A stretch of 64,000 nt of DNA from Malacoraja senta (Eukaryota): positions 4,528,001 through 4,592,000 of the forward strand of contig CM075999.1 in assembly GCA_038087875.1 (NCBI GenBank), read 5' to 3'. The translations under genes were made by a program, and so were the position numbers. Positions 63,167 through 64,000 of this stretch are shown one piece after another. Under the pieces are notes generated by a model. It saw only the letters and a list, made by a program, of their open reading frames with translations, did not search any database and was not told the DNA's origin. Position 1 is the first letter of the stretch, and each line of letters begins with the position of its first letter.

Positions 63167-64000
63167 CAACGCTCCTTCTCAACATATGATTTTTTCATTT
63201 TTATACTGTCAGTGTTGAGTAACAAACATATCAATTCTGAATTGATCGACAACTCATAAAAAAAACTGCTCACATTTTCTAGACAATATTTAACACTATA
63301 TTTCCACCCAGAACTTTATTCGTGTTCATAAATTATAGGAGCAAAATTGGTCCATTTGGCTCATCACGTCTACTCCGCCATTCAATCATGGCTGATCTAT
63401 CTTTCCTTCTCAACCGCAGTCTCCTGCCTTCTCCCCATAACCCCTGACACCCGTACTAATCAAGAACCTGTCAATCTCTGCCATAGAAATATCTATTGAC
63501 TTGGCTTCCACACCCATCTGTGGCAATGACTGCCTTCTGACTAAATAAATTCCTCCTCACCTCCTTCAGTCTGAAGAAGAATCTCAACCCGAAATGTCGT
63601 CTATTCCTTCACTCCATAGATGCTGCCTCACTCGCTGAATTCCTCCAGCATTTTTGTCTACCTTCCTAAAGGTACATCCTTTTATTCTGTGGCCATGGCC
63701 TTGGGTCCTGGACTCTCCCACGAGTGGAAACATCCTCTCCACATTCATTCTATCCAGGCCATTCACTATTTAGTAAGTTTAAATGAGGTCCCCCCTTTCC
63801 GGAAGTGGCGGCGCTGTCGTACAGCAGCGGCTCGCCTGCAGTCCGTCTGTCTTTACTTTTTTAGTTGTTTTCTTTTGTCCTGTTTTAGTTAAATTTTAGT
63901 TTATTGGGTTGTGTATGTGTGGGGGTGGGGTGGGGGGGGGGTGAAACATGACTTTTGTCTCTTCCTTCGGGGGAATGCGACTTTTTCTTGTCGTATCCCC

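Larger units (their letters stand above)
58846..63180 (-). mobile_element. Near full-length CR1 LINE (family A), ~4.3 kb
   Basis: 5' tandem repeats, intact ORF1, ORF2 with few lesions, and tail GCTGTTATGGTTATATGGTTA. Confidence 0.95.

Noticed and set aside
57585..64000. First KPNA6 coding exons (N-terminal IBB, RRRREEEG...LRKQKR)
   Set aside because: No matching sequence found; the region is CR1-derived, so these exons must lie beyond the window.

Overview
Vertebrate nuclear DNA. The repeat repertoire (abundant CR1 LINEs, tRNA-derived V-SINEs, Penelope ends) suggests a cartilaginous fish such as a skate or ray; this is an inference. One protein-coding gene is present: importin alpha-7 (KPNA6) on the minus strand. 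Twelve coding exons (57584 down to 15652) have GT-AG boundaries and compatible phases and splice to 491 aa plus a stop; the first ~45 codons lie beyond the right edge. A TE-poor ~5 kb probable 3'UTR follows. Almost everything else is transposon-derived: several CR1 subfamilies (one near full length), a Tc1 DD34E element with IR/DR ends, hAT and PIF/Harbinger MITEs, and Penelope, Rex1/Babar and RTE fragments. Most notable observations: (1) a CR1 copy with ~30 clustered A>G changes in ADAR-like context, a candidate retrotransposed A-to-I hyper-edited RNA, sitting in a fold-back structure; (2) a chimeric CR1 lineage with the same in-frame 5' module swap in two independent copies; (3) minimal hammerhead-ribozyme-like motifs and hairpins in Penelope ends; (4) a three-level nested insertion whose empty sites can be checked within the window. 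All comparisons were made by eye; TE boundaries are approximate unless TSDs or TIRs are quoted.
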